A stretch of 57,964 bases of DNA, counting the filler, from Catajapyx aquilonaris (lineage: Eukaryota): assembly GCA_000934665.2 (NCBI GenBank). It is 3 parts of 3 records of this genome, joined end to end, with 100 filler letters (N's around TTAATTAATTAA, not from the genome) between each part and the next. Parts side by side here need not be neighbours in the genome. Positions count along the whole stretch, not along the records: positions 19,456 to 38,645 come from JYFJ02006517.1; positions 38,746 to 57,964 come from JYFJ02006518.1; 1 more part is not named here. One strand, 5' to 3'. The translations under genes were made by a program, and so were the position numbers. The notes beneath the pieces are model-generated. The model worked only from the letters and a program-made list of their open reading frames with translations. It ran no database searches and was not told where the DNA came from. Position 1 is the first letter of the stretch. Every line of letters begins with the position of its first letter. Below are positions 35,801-49,365 of this stretch, in pieces.

Positions 35801-38346
35801 TTAAATTTATACTTAGGCCTATAAAATTATTCTGGGCATTTTAATTTTTGGTAACATTATGCTCCATATGCCCAAAAAAGTAACCTTTTTGTGCCTATTA
35901 GAGGTTTTTTCGTGCCTATTTCGGGGTTTTTTCTTCCCTAAAAATCCAGACTCTACTAATTATGTACTTTGTAATGCCTTGTTTTTCACCATAGTGCAGT
36001 TAAATTATGCCAATAATATTAGCTTCAACTCCAAAACATTTTCATTGATAATTTTAATGTATTGGAAGGAAAAATAAGGGAAGACTGAATGGAATCAGAC
36101 AAGAGTGCAGGCTAGTAATCCAACCCTCAGCCTATTTTTTTTACCGTTGCTAGATATAAAAAATGTCTAACTTGTGCAACTGACAGAAGAGGACCTGAGT
36201 CATGCACACAAATAGTTCTTCACTCAGTGGATAAGCATTATTGCACTAGGAGAGCTACAGTAGATAATGGCGCAAAATTCAAATTATTTTTGCACTTTTT
36301 CGCATCAACATTTTATAACTAAAGAATTGACTTAAAGACATCAAATATGTGTCAGATGAATCTCATATTACACTGATTCCGACGAAATCTCATTCATTTA
36401 ACATCACGGCCTTGACACTCTACATACAACGCTTGTCGCGATTTTTGGGATAGCGGTAATGGAAGGGTTAAAGCATGATTCAGTCTCTACTTATCTGTAT
36501 TTGTAACATCAACATGCGGGTGATTTTCCTGCTAGGCGAACTTCACTGGTATTGGGCAAATACAAATTTCTCTATGCACAGGGTTGTCCTTAGTGAGGGA
36601 CCAAATAATTCTCTCAATAATTCTCTATAATTCGATTATACAGGTTCTGCTTTATTGGACAAAAATACATGGTTTTTTTTTTCTTTTTCTGCTGGCATCA
36701 TAAAAAATTTCAAAAGTAGACAGGTCTGCTATATCTAGGGTTGGTTATAGACAGGCTTCAGTGTAGTTAGTTTTGATTGGTATATTGGAATAAAAAATGT
36801 ACTGTTCCAACTGGTCTCCAGTATTGCTGACTCTCACTGAGCAAAGTACAATTACTGGTTGCTCAAGTTCTTTCCCAACTTGAATGAAAAGCTCTTTCTA
36901 CTAGAAATTTGAGATGGCCTTTACCTGCCAATTTACCATTAGCATATGCTAACAGTGCAAGGCCCTAAATGCATGCTTGACATGGCATTTTCTGATTTTC
37001 ATTTTGTGAGTGGAAAAGCAGTTCCATAGCCATTCAAGGAATTGCCGCAAGCTAATGTTTTTTTTTACGTAGATAGAAAAATTAGTAATTGGAATTGGAC
37101 TTTGCACAAGACTTGGTGATTGTGGCTTAAATGTGACTTCACGTAACAAATTTTGCACCATTGGTAGAGTTGGCTACAGATATGCTTCAGTGAGTGCACA
37201 TATTTGTGCCTAAGACAGTGCTAGAGCACTGTAATACATTTAGCTTTTGGGAAGACTCAAGGACATGTTTCAGGATCCCAAGTCTGGAATTGTAAAATGT
37301 AATTTTTAGTTAGTTACATTCCCTTGTTCTCTGAAGACTTAGGATGAGCTTGTGATGGAGCCCCACAAGCTCAATGGGTGGTGGAAATGAAGGTGCAGCT
37401 TTCTCTAAGTACAAACATGAAACCATAATGTTAGGACCTAATTAGTTATTGTTCTCGTTTTTTCTAGTAAAAGCTAATGTTTTTATGACCATGAATACTA
37501 TGCATGACCAGAGCTGCTGCTTTTGAAGCCTTACAGGCCTGTTTTATGAAAGCAAATTGAGGAAAATCGTCCATTATGTACAGTGAGACCCAGTATATAA
37601 TCCCACATGATCGGAGATTAGATGCTGAATTTGAGTTGATACCACAGGCTCTGAGGCATTGTGTGTGTGTCGCCTCCATAATATATCCTATTAATTATTA
37701 TATAATATGTAGGAGTGGTTCTGTAAGTAGGGTGTTAATAGACCCAATACTTTTGGTGACATTGGATTTAGGATAAGCAGTCCTAACAGAGGAATGGGAA
37801 ATTGACCGGAACAAATATGTAGAATTTTTGTTAATGTAATTACTTGGTATTAAAGACTTTTTGTTTTGCAGTCTATTTGCTTGGCACCAAACGATGTTTC
37901 CTACTGTTGGGAAGTCGTTTGGAAGCCTGAAATGACGGTGGTAGAAAGTAATGAGAACAAAGGAGGAATCATGAGTATGAAAGGCATTGGGCAGATGTTT
38001 TGTCTGTGGAGCTTGTTCCAGACTGGTTTTCACGTACGGTACTCAACTATGCAAGGTGCTTGTTTGCATACTATGCTGACAGTTGCAGTTGGACCTCTGC
38101 TTGTTGCTGGGATTGTTGCAGCCTCGTGACATGTTGTTTATTTATTTGTCTTTTAAACTTTTAAATCCAATTTGATTTTATTTTCTATCATATTTCTTTA
38201 TTGGTTTTTGTTGGTATAACTTGCACTGATATCAGCATGACCCCAAAGATTTGACAGTCTGCTTCACTTGACTCTTGACAGTTGACAAATGGATCAGTGA
38301 AATTATTCTGGGCACCAATTGTTGTTATACACTTTTTGCAGTTGTA

Positions 38347-38519
38347 CAGTGTTGGACATAAATCGAGGCATACTGCTAGCAACATTTTCCGAAGCGGCAG
38401 ACGAAGGAATCTTACTCGTCCGGCTTGCAGCATCTTGATCTTCGATTCCTTCCTCTGCCGATTCGGAAAATGTCGCTAGCCACCAGTGGCTCGAATGCCT
38501 CGATTAATGTCCAACACTG
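38347..38519. mobile_element. Palindromic Tc1-like MITE
   Basis: TA|CAGTGTTGGACATAAATCGAGGCAT ... ATGCCTCGATTAATGTCCAACACTG|TA; pairing continues almost to the centre. Confidence 0.85.
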
Positions 38520-38645
38520 TACCTATCAGCAAGGTAAGGGACTAGGATGCATCAGCTTTTTTGTGATGCAATGTGAGATGTGTTGCAGTATTGTAGGTTT
38601 GTGAGATTTGCATCACTTCCTGTGCATCTGTATTTTACAATCAGC

Positions 38646-38745
38646 NNNNNNNNNNNNNNNNNNNNNNNNNNNNNNNNNNNNNNNNNNNNTTAATTAATTA
38701 ANNNNNNNNNNNNNNNNNNNNNNNNNNNNNNNNNNNNNNNNNNNN
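38646..38745. other. Artificial contig linker / assembly gap
   Basis: 44 N + TTAATTAATTAA + 44 N. Confidence 0.98.
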
Positions 38746-41700
38746 CCCCCCCCCCTGTCACCCCACCTTCCTCCCTCGATTCAGGACCTGCCTCACATTC
38801 GTTTTCAGCATGTGCCAAAATGAGCTGGTTATGAGGATGGGCCTAGTTGAGCTACATGATGTTGAGGAGCAAAGTGTAAAGATGCGCTTCCAATTCATGA
38901 AAAAATAATAATGCAATTTTCAATTTTCAGCCCTTCATAAATGGAATTATTGTCCTGCATTTCAGTCTTAAATAGTATACCCTGTATCCATATGTATCCT
39001 GGAGCGTCTTTCTAAGAATACTTTATTTCATGATATTTCGTGATATTCTGTAGATTCTCTCATTAAAAGTCTTTACCTTTCCATAGTGCTGCTGGTGGTA
39101 AAGCGACAGAGTACGTCTGGCTGAAGCTCTTTTGACATAATACCTGACAGGCAAACTCAGACATGTGTCATGTTTTCTTTCTTGTGGGCCACCCAAATTT
39201 TTAATTTTATGACATGTCTGGCTATGGCGGTCAGGTATTAATATACTACAACCTATTCAAAATTCAATTTCCACTCATTTTAAAGATTGTCCTGTCACTT
39301 CTACTCTCTGTGGACAAATTGAACAAAACCCAATAAAAAAACTCGCAAGTTACTTTCCATTCCCCCGTGAGGTGGTTGATGGCACATACCGCCTTCTGCC
39401 CTGATGATATTGTTTTGTGCTAAGGATTGATGATCGGCGGATGCCACTTCCAAGCCAATTTGCCTTCGGTAGATCAAACATAGGCACTTTTTTCCCCCCC
39501 CATTCCCCATCTCTTCCTCATCCGCCCCTCTCTAACAAGATAAGCGTGGTACATCAAGGGGNCCCCCATTCCCCATCTCTTCCTCATCCGCCCCTCTCTA
39601 ACAAGATAAGCGTGGTACGTCAAGGGGACCAGTTGCCGATCAGAATCTTCTTCCAGATCCCCGTCTCTTTTGTCCTATCCTTCTGACTCACCATGTTGAT
39701 GTAATTGCCTCCACCTGCACTAGGGTCTCCCCATTTTTTTATACCATGAACGATGATTCTTAGCCACATTTGCATGGCCAACATTGAAAAGAGTAAGCCG
39801 CTAGTGTTGGATGGGAGAAGATGAGGCAGTGATCGCCCATCCCCTTAGAAACACAAGGGATGGAACCCCCCCNCCCCCCCCCTCCGGTTGTTCCCTCAGC
39901 AATCAATCCCGACGTTTCCTTTTGTGTTGGAAAAGAGAAGTGCAGGGAGGATGGGGTCCAAAAGTATATTTTTTTCCCCCCTACGGCCATCTGCCAGAAG
40001 GGGCTAGTCATCTTTGGCCCCAGGCCTCTCACGCATCGCCACCTTTTTTCTAGTGACATCATTCTCAGAACCCACACGTGTGATGTAATGTTCCTTCGGG
40101 CGGAATGATGGCCAACTGCACGCATTTCACCTGGAACAAATCATCCAGATTTCTGGAGATTAGGTATCAGGATGGTTGAACCAGAATAGAGCAAATCTGT
40201 TCCCGGTCGCATTTATTAATATTAATTTTTATGTCACCTAAACCTACCAAGCACGTACCAGACCTACCACAATGCAGATCGCGTAGGTCTGAACCATTTT
40301 TTTCATATAAAAAAAACGCCCTCCTGAACTTTTGACAAAGCCGGGTTATGGGCCTCCACTTGACAAGAGATCGTCTCTTGGACGCCCTCACCCAATCCCC
40401 CCTCTGAGTTCGGGCTCTTGAAATGAATCAAAGGTGATTGAGGGGCTGCGACCCTTTTCTCTCCCCCAGCAACCTCCCCAAGTGACCTAAGGGGGGGAAA
40501 TCCCGCACTTTGCATGAGAAAAGAAAAGCTCCCCTTGTAACACGAGACGCCGGGGGCTGGGAATAAGAAGGGCGCAAATCATATTGGCTTGTCGTCGATT
40601 GAAACACGTCATGTTTTCTTTATTAGTCTGTCGGAAAGTGCGTCAGAAGGCTACTATTTTTTTGCGTGTGTGTGTGGGTGTGTGCTGAGGAATACAGGAG
40701 CGGTAATAATGAGTGAGTGTTAATTGTGCAGGCGAGGGGTAATCTGTAACTTCGAATGATTCATGATTACCTGCTCCTTAATAATCACTTGGTACGGCGC
40801 TTTTTTTTTGCGGGTAAATTAGTTTGAAACAATAGTTCACGCGTAATGCCGTTTTTTCGAGGCTTTCAGAGTGGAAAAAAAGGACAATTGCTGTGTCTTT
40901 ATAATTGCATTGTGACTTTTATTATGGGCACAATCAGCCTGCACATATTATCATTTCTATGCAAATTATTTTCATCAGCCAGATTGTAAAAAACGGCTAT
41001 ACCGGAAACCCAACGCAGCTCCCTATTTGCGAATGCTTTTGTGAACGCACATTTATTTTGTGTTTACTACTTGACATCAGCACAGCCAGGCCCGCCATCA
41101 TAAAAGCTGGGGGAGAAAGAAAAAAAAACCACTGCGTTGGTCCAAGAAGGACAACTAACTCCCCGGGAATCTTGGGGAGGATGGCGTCTACAGGCTGAGT
41201 CAGCTTCCAAAAAGCACCCTATCCCATGATGTTCCCCTTACATGGGACCCCCTCCCCCCTTCCTCCCACTACCCCACCCATGGCAGACTCTGCTTTGTTT
41301 GCCAAGATGGCCAGCTGGGCAGATTAGAAGGGCGCGTGGCTGACATCCGGGCACACAAAGGAGCTTGAACAAAGAAACGGCTTCCTTTTCCCGAGCCCAA
41401 GTGGTGACGTAAGAGAGATGAGGGACCGATGGGACCAAGGAGAGATTCGCAACAAAGAGTGAGGGACAGGTATTCCCCCCAAGCGCCGATTAAATATTTT
41501 AATTTGCATAGAAGGGTACAAGGGGAGGACAGGGGGGGGGATGTGAGATGGGGGGTGGTAGTGCAGGGTAAGGGGGTTGGAAGGGAGAGAGGAGCAGGAG
41601 GAGGAGGAGGAGGAGGAGGGAAGGACGCATGATTGATCTTTTCTTAATAAGTCCATGAAGCGTGCCCTGGGAGCATGGAGAGTGGGTAACATCTGTTTGA

Positions 41701-42932
41701 CAGAATCGTGCTCAGAAAGTGGAGCTGTTGCGAAGTTCAGTTCTTTCCTCCGGGGAGCAGTCATTCAGCAAGTCCGAAAACCCGTGCAAAGTCATGTTCG
41801 CAAAGTTTTTCTCCCCCGACTTCATAATGGGTAATGGATGTAAGCGCATTTCTGAGAATCTGCCAGCGTCACGTGATGCAACCCAGTACAAGGCATGTTG
41901 GGAGGGGAAAGTTTGCAAAAGCCCCCCCNAGCCCCCCCCCCCCCCTCTTCCAAAGTGGCACATTATCTATACGCATGATTGTTAGCTGTTATTTTAATTC
42001 GCTCCCTGAGACAAAATAGCGATTCAACAACCTGACATTACTGCGAATGAAATGGAGGAAACTGCGCTCATCAAGGGGGAAATGTAAATACAGCCAAAGG
42101 GGACGTACGAATGCGGAGTATTAGTGAGACGACTTGGCAGTGATTGTGAGCAGCAAGGGGTTGGAATCTGGGAGAAGGGGTAATGAGCAGGGGGTGGATG
42201 AGGAATGCTGCCGTTACGTACAAGTGGCGCTCAAGTCGGTTGATGATGGCTCCCATATACTTTTCTTGCTCACCTCTTGGTCATTAGGCTCCAGCCGCTG
42301 TACATACTCGGCTTCTTTCTCTGCTGCATTTCCTCCCCCTCTTGGCCAGCCACATAGGCAGTGCATGTGGGGTAGTAGGGGGTGGTGGGGGAGCATCCAA
42401 CAGCAGCGGCAGGGGCAGCATCAGGCAGCGGCCATCAAAGGGCCGTGCTGGTCTGCGCCCGGCCCCAAACGCGCCCATCCGCGCTCCCAAATCACCCCAT
42501 GACGCGCACTTGACAGAGCCATCAACAATCGGGGGGCCCGCTTTTATTGTTGGACATCATTGCTAGCCGGCAGGTTGTGCCTACGGGGATTGGGACTTGA
42601 TTGTTGCACCAGGTGCGCCCTATTGGGACCTGCCCCCATCTCCCCTCTATTCCCTCTCTTCTACCACACGCCGGCCACACCCCTCCCTCCTCTCTCTCTA
42701 CTACATTCAGGATTACCTACGTGCCAGATAATGTACTCCCCGTGTCATTCTTGCAGCCAGCCGAGCCTCATCTTCCGCATTGTTAACCACCACCGGCCAC
42801 CCAATCCGCCCAGCCTCGATATTAAACAAGTCTAGCACTTTTCCCTGACAATTTAGGTCAGTTTCGTACATGATTAAAATAACCAACAGTAATCAAAATC
42901 AAGTTGGTTGCCAGAATGACCCTCGCCATTCC

Positions 42933-42979
42933 CCAACAGATGGCAGCACGGGAGCAAACTCAAACCCACCAGGAGGCGC
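42933..42979 (+). promoter_or_regulatory. Pair of CTCF-like motifs
   Basis: CCAACAGATGGCAGCA and CCACCAGGAGGCGC in the same orientation; motif match only. Confidence 0.3.
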
Positions 42980-44066
42980 CTCGCTCCAATAAATTTCAGT
43001 GACAGTAACGTTCATGTCAGAGTGAGAAATGGGGTTAAGAGACTCGCAATATACAAGCAGACTACAAGTCGAGGTCCAGATGTAAGACTCTGCAATTTGC
43101 CCGGAAATGTTACCATCTGTCAGCACCTTTTTTTCCGAGCCCATGGAAAACAAAATGTTAGGCGAGAGGGCTACAAATACTGGCCAAGTAGAGTGGGCGA
43201 AGTCAATTTTCTCAAGATGGATGGGGAGTGGGGATGGGAGGTGAGGGGTCCACTTGGCTAAAGGAAGTTAGTGGGTTTACAACACCCCCCTCCCTCCCTA
43301 CCTCCCCTCACCCTGTCCCTACCACCCCTCTCTAGCCAGCAGCCTCCCAACCCCGACGCCGACCCCAAACCCCTGGGCCTCCCCACCTAACCCTCCCAGT
43401 CCCATAAATCGAGGGGACGCAGGCGCGGGAGGTAAACAACACATTCATCCCGCGTCTTTCAAGTAAGCCCCTGAAATATGGCTTCGAATTAACTGAGGAT
43501 TTATACACGCCCGGACCCCACCGGCGGATACATACAACCAGGTTCCCACTGCTGGCAGGGGGAATTGGGACCAGGGGAGTGGGGTGGATGGGTGGATGTG
43601 GGTGGGTGGGTGGGAGGGACGTGCATCCGACTCTCGTGTGGGGGGGTGTGCACTGGCTATGTGGGCCAGTATGTGGAAATTTTTATGTGGAAACCAACTT
43701 CTCCGATATTTCTCAATCGATTTGTAGCTGAATCGACACATTCGATAGCTTATAGGTTGCCTGCACATATATGGCCATAGCTTGTTAAATTAATTGCCAA
43801 ATATTTACACAGGTTTGGCTAAATTGCAAGCAACATCGCGATTCTCCTAAAAATTTGGTCAAAATAAGCGACATCCATCAGTCAATCTGAGTCTATATGT
43901 TAGTACGTTATAACAGTTCAGGATAAAACATATAAGTAACCAAATTATGCTACAAATATGTTCAGGTGAAATTATTATTTTTATACACACACTGTATAGT
44001 GTATACCCTGATATGAAAGCATATTGCCAATATAACTGAACACCTCAGTGAGAACACTGTACCCAA

Positions 44067-44190
44067 CGAGGGGTTATTCACTAAGGTTAGTTCGTGTAGT
44101 GTACACCTTCGTGGGTAGTCCGACGGGTAGTCCGGTCTGGACTACCAGGGTAATCCGTGTACGCAAAAAATGTAAGTGAATAACCCCTCG
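44067..44190. mobile_element. Small Harbinger-like MITE
   Basis: CGAGGGGTTATTCACT ... AGTGAATAACCCCTCG. Confidence 0.7.
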
Positions 44191-47100
44191 GTACCCGATG
44201 AACTAAACGATTTTTATTTACAGCAATATCACGTCTTTATCATAATCCGCTAAAAATTTTGAACGACATGTGAGAACAAACAGACATGGACGATATTCTC
44301 AACAACTCATGTCATGTAAACTGCAAGGTCAAATTTGCTCCTGCCGTATATGCCGTCCAGTAAAACAGAAAAGCGCAAGGGTTGTCTAACCGCGAGGATG
44401 AAGTAGGGTCGCTCTGTATTGGCTAAAACTGTATGCTGCCTGAAAAGTTCAATATTGATACCATCGATGATATAATATATTGAGATTCCATACTGGATAG
44501 GCAGGCTTAGCCACATTATTTGCATACTTACCTCACAGGATATTAATTTTTGAGCATACATCTAACTTAAATGGCGTTATTTGTTTAATTTTTTTGATCT
44601 AAATCCGCATAGCCACAGACAGTGGGTTCATTTGCTATTTACCAAGACTCAAGACCAGTCCGAGGCTAGCAAGGGAAAGAAAATATCCGCAACACTCATA
44701 TGTAGCCCTGGGTCCAAAATAGCCCTATTTTACGAGTCGCGGCGAGGATTAAAGTTGCATATGTGTGGTTCGGGAGATATGCAGTAAAACGTGCTGATGT
44801 CAACAGGGCCTTAAGGGAATCCCCGTGTTAATTAGTTCTCAGACACTACGCTGGCAAATTACTCTGATGCGAATGGAAAATCGGGATGAATCTCGCATGA
44901 ATCTTCCCTCCCAACACGTCCCGCCTACTTAGGATTAGAATACATTTTCATTCTCAGGAAAACTTCCCCATTTTCCTCCCAGCGTTGATGCACCTCCATT
45001 TAAGCTTTTTCTTTTGGTCCTATCTGGCCATCACATCCTATTTTTCCAGGACTTGCACCGCTTTCAGAAAAGTGACCACGGGAGTGCACCAAGATGGCTG
45101 CCGGTTCCAGCTCGTTCCCAATTCCCATCCGGATCTAGCCCTCATTTCCGCCTGTCGACCTCTTTCTCTCCTTCTCTGCCTCTCCCTCCCTCTCTTTCCC
45201 TGAGGAACGTTTCATTTTGCCAACTGACGAACGGACATGCCTGCTGCGGCCGCGTTTACAACGGATTCCCGTTAAACATTAATGAGGTTTAGTCTGCGCG
45301 AGCTGGACGGCTTTTTAGGAAAAGGGGGAAGGATTTGTGCTGCGTATTTACCCGGCAGGGGAACAGAAGCAGCTCCGGTGCATTTCCCACGCAATCCGGA
45401 ACACTGCTCGTATTTTTTGGATAAAAAAAGAAGGAAAAAAAAAATTTGTCGATCGTCTTTTGCATTAACAACATATGACAAGTTGAACAAATTGGCACGT
45501 CTAAGAAAACCCATTTTGCATCGCACATTGTTTTTCCATCTCCTATTCAGACTGAAAATCGCTTTACTCTACACACTAGCACACTGGGCAGGCGATAGCC
45601 TAAAATCCACCCGGGACTTGAGAGGTGGTCAACAAAGAGCTTCCTCCCCCCTTTTGTTGTGCTGGGCATTGTTGGTTTGGAGCAGGAGTTGGAAGCAGCT
45701 CCTTCCCTACAGAGTTGCGGGGTCCATTCCCTCCCTTCGCAGCGACAAAACGGTTGCTAATCCTATCTTTGGTGCAAGTGGGCTGCCCGCCCCAGCGGGT
45801 CCTTCCGTTCCCTAGCAACGCATTTTTGGCGGGAAACTCAGCGCTTGCAGATGGACGCTGCTGCTGCTACCTTCCCCTCTTCTCCTCCCGCCCTTTTCCC
45901 CTTTTCTCCCCTGCTACTGCTGCACACCCCCCCCCCCCTCTTTCTCTCTCTTGATGCAGGTTGGCCAACCTTGCTTTAGCCAAGTCAACCCTCTTGTAAC
46001 TCACCTTTTTTGTACTTTATTAAATTGCCACTCTGGTCGAATCAAAAAAAAGGTGCGCGTCATGAACCACACCACATGGTGCATTAAAATTACACTTCTG
46101 AAAAAGGGGAGATGGGCCTTACGCAATTTACATTTTCATACGCGTTCCATCACACAAATATGACGACACAGATTGCATTAGATATAATGGTAGTCATTCA
46201 GAATTCACAAAAGACACCTAATAGGGACGATGCAGTAGTACACAGCCAGGGAGGGGCTTTCTATTTTTTTTTTCAGGGGAGTGCAGTGTCATTGTTATTT
46301 TATCTAAGCCGCACCGCTAGCGGCACTCTATTGTAGGATATATAGATGCCCCTTTGCAGTGGGCAACCAGGGAGGACAAATGTAAAAATCATCCGCACTG
46401 TCGTCATGGGTTAAAACAGGGCACTTCAAAATGTCCTCTGTCAATTTAAATGCGGCACATTACAGTATCGGGTAGCTCACACTCAACAATTAGGTGGCAA
46501 ACCATGTAGTGAATTGCACACTACACATAGGCATATATATCTCAAAGCAACTTAACGCTACATTTATAAGAAGAAAAAAAAAAATGTTCTGGTGACCTAA
46601 ATATTGTAAAACGATGGTCGACTGAATAAGCTATAAGAAACCACATTTCCGACAACCAGTAATGAACCCAAACACAGAGTAAGTTATACACATTGTCCGT
46701 AACATGTTGACTCGTCAGCTACAACGAGAGTGGGGGGGACTTGAGGAGTAAAAGCAAAGAAATATTCTGAAAATGGCGGGATTGGCAGGCATGTGTGGCA
46801 TGCATCTGGGCGTCAGTCCAGTCCGAGGGAAATGTGGGGGTGGGGATAAGGGGGAGGAAAGGGTGGGGAGAGGAAGAGGAGGAGGGAAAGGGGAATTGTG
46901 GGGCCGCTTCTCACCCCAAAAGGGCGGAGAGAGGAGGAGGAGGAAGAGGGGGGATGCGCAGGAAAAGGGGAATTTGCCAAGAGAGAGACTGGCTGCAGGA
47001 TTCGCAAAGGCTTTCGGGGAAAGGCTACTGGACGATGCCCAGATCGCATAGACTACCTTCTATAGCTCTTGCCTCCCCCCCCTTCGCCTCCCTTCCCTCC

Positions 47101-47753
47101 CCACCCACATCCAGATTTCCTTCCTTCCTTCCCCTCCAACTGCTCATTTTCATTTGTTTCCATTCTTTCCCCACTCCCACCTTCCCCCAAAAAGTGCACA
47201 CTGACTGGGGACTAATTACTTCGCTTATTTTACTCCGCACCGAGTTCTACTCTGCACAAAGCGATCGATAGCAAATTCTGCAAGATCAGAGGGAACCGGT
47301 TTTTGCTAAGCATGCTCGCCCATAATGTTCTTCCCTCATACACACACAAAAAATACATATTCCCCTTGGATTGATTTCCAAGTGGTTCTAATTCCCTCCA
47401 TTCTCTCCCCCCCCCTCCCCCCCACACACAGTCAGTCCGGATATTTTGGGACCACAAGATGGAAAATGTACATCCTCCCATATATGCAAGTTGAAGTTAC
47501 GCACATGAACACGAACACAAATGAATGTTCAATTTTTTTTGTGCCTTCCAACGTCCGCAGGGTACTAGTTCACGTACGACCTAATTAACTCTTTCTCAAA
47601 CAATTCATGTGATCTCATTTGGCCTTAGAGAGTTATGATGGATGAAAAATCTGGAAAGAAGTAATTGCCTGCTTTATTTCGGTTCTGATTATTGACACAC
47701 TTCATTAATCATTGTTGGTAAGTGGCTCGTTACACTTACATGTTGCCTGTTAT

Positions 47754-48005
47754 CAGTGGCGGACAAAGTGGATTTCAGAGGTGCAGCAAACGCCGCAGAA
47801 AAGGACCCCACCCCCTATGACCCCCCCCCCCCCCCCCCCCNTTCTCTCTTTTCCTCTCTTCTCTCTTCCTCTCTTCTCTCTTCTTCTCTTCTTCTTCTTC
47901 TCTCTTCTTCTTCTTCTCTCTCCTTCTCACCCGCCCCGCCAGGGACCCCACCCCCTCGGGAGGTGCAGCGACCGCTGCACCTTGACATAGGTTTGGCCGC
48001 CACTG
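47754..48005. mobile_element. hAT MITE with a pyrimidine-rich core
   Basis: Perfect 8 bp TSD CCTGTTAT on both sides; TIR CAGTGGCGG(A/C)CAAA. Confidence 0.9.
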
Positions 48006-49312
48006 CCTGTTATGTGTAACCATATGTGCATATAGGCTAGAGTGAGGCTTGCCTTTCAAATGTGCCAAAATAATGTTCTAAAAAAATCATAAGCTATAGA
48101 AGGTTGCAAAAAAAATGCTCTCCTCTATCAAAATGAAAATAATGTGAAAATGTGGTTTGTACAAAGTATGTACAAAGTAGCGCTGCATGATTTTTCTCCT
48201 CCTTCTGATTCGATGTTCGGCAACAAGTATTATCGAAGCAGCAAGTGTTGCATTAATTGTGCTTCAGTTTGAGCTCTTCACGTTCATTTTTTTCCCCCTT
48301 CCACTCTTTGTCCCATGTGGAAATTCGTCATGCATAACATGTTAGCGCAAAGCAAACGGTTTTACATGTAAGCATAAAAGTCAATATCCAGGCGGTTCAG
48401 TGGGCAAAACTAATGCCTTAGAAAAGTTTTTGGGACCTCCTCCGCGTAAAGTTCACCTTCAGCATAATAGCATGTGGATGAACAGTAGTGGTTTAAAGTA
48501 AGAGGGGCTTAGTCACAATATGTGAGGCGATAGGTGAAGTGGAACGTAAAGGACACCAGGAAAAGAAAATCTGCTCGGAATATATACAATCATCCCTCTG
48601 TTATGTTCTCTGGTGGTCCCCCCCTTTATGGCAGGAATTAGGGTCTGGAGGGAGAGAGAAGCTGGCTGGGAAGCTGTGGACGCCATCAAATTCTCGTGCC
48701 CAGGGTTACATTCTTCTTTTCCCCACACGCTTCCCTACCTACCTTCTCTTCACTGTTGCCAGGAGAAGCCAGCTCCTTCCCTCCTTCCCCAGGCTCACAT
48801 GTCAACCCTTCCCTTCCACCTTTCCACTCCTGCTACTCCTACTGGAATGCCTAGGATAAGATCCTCCAAGTCCAGACTTCTAATGAAGCTGGTGAAATGC
48901 CATCTACTCTGCATTTTTTGTTTAAAGGGAAGAGATAGGTGATTCCGAGCATAGCCTGCATTGTTGCCAGACTAGTGGTATGTTGGCAACAAATCAGTTG
49001 GAGGTGTTTGAAAAGTGAGATTATAGGAGAGAAGAAAAAGTTTGAGGTGGGAAGTTGGCTCCTAATGAGGAAATGATTGCGCTGCGTTCCTCAGAGTCCA
49101 CAAGGCGAGGATTTGCTTAATGAGCCCAGTCTCTAATCCCACTTAAGACCTGCTGGTGGACCAGGGCCCTCCCATAATGCCCCGGGCCGCACGCCCATCC
49201 CACCCACCCTCCCTTCTCCCCACCCCCAGCCACCCTTTTCCCTGGCCACCAAAACCTTGCACTTCTTGGATCAATGAGGGTCCAATGCTCCCTCCCTCCC
49301 TTCCCTCCCAGC

Positions 49313-49315
49313 CTC

Positions 49316-49361
<46 letters not shown>
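49313..49361. repeat. (CT)n microsatellite
   Basis: Visible dinucleotide run; source of the ERERER and SLSLSL ORFs. Confidence 0.9.

Positions 49362-49365
<4 letters not shown>

Larger units (their letters stand above)
32896..35955. mobile_element. hAT-like non-autonomous element hosting several nested insertions
   Basis: TAGAGTCCGGATTTTTAGG ... CCTAAAAATCCAGACTCTA; 8 bp TSD CTAATTAC/CTAATTAT; internal GCCTATTT repeats. Confidence 0.75.

Noticed and set aside
38562..38617. miRNA-like hairpin GTGATGCAA...TTGCATCAC in the helicase intron
   Set aside because: Only a 9 bp stem pairs convincingly
39498..39630. 65 bp tandem duplication
   Set aside because: The copies differ by one base and are separated by a single N at a homopolymer; probably an assembly overlap or allelic artefact
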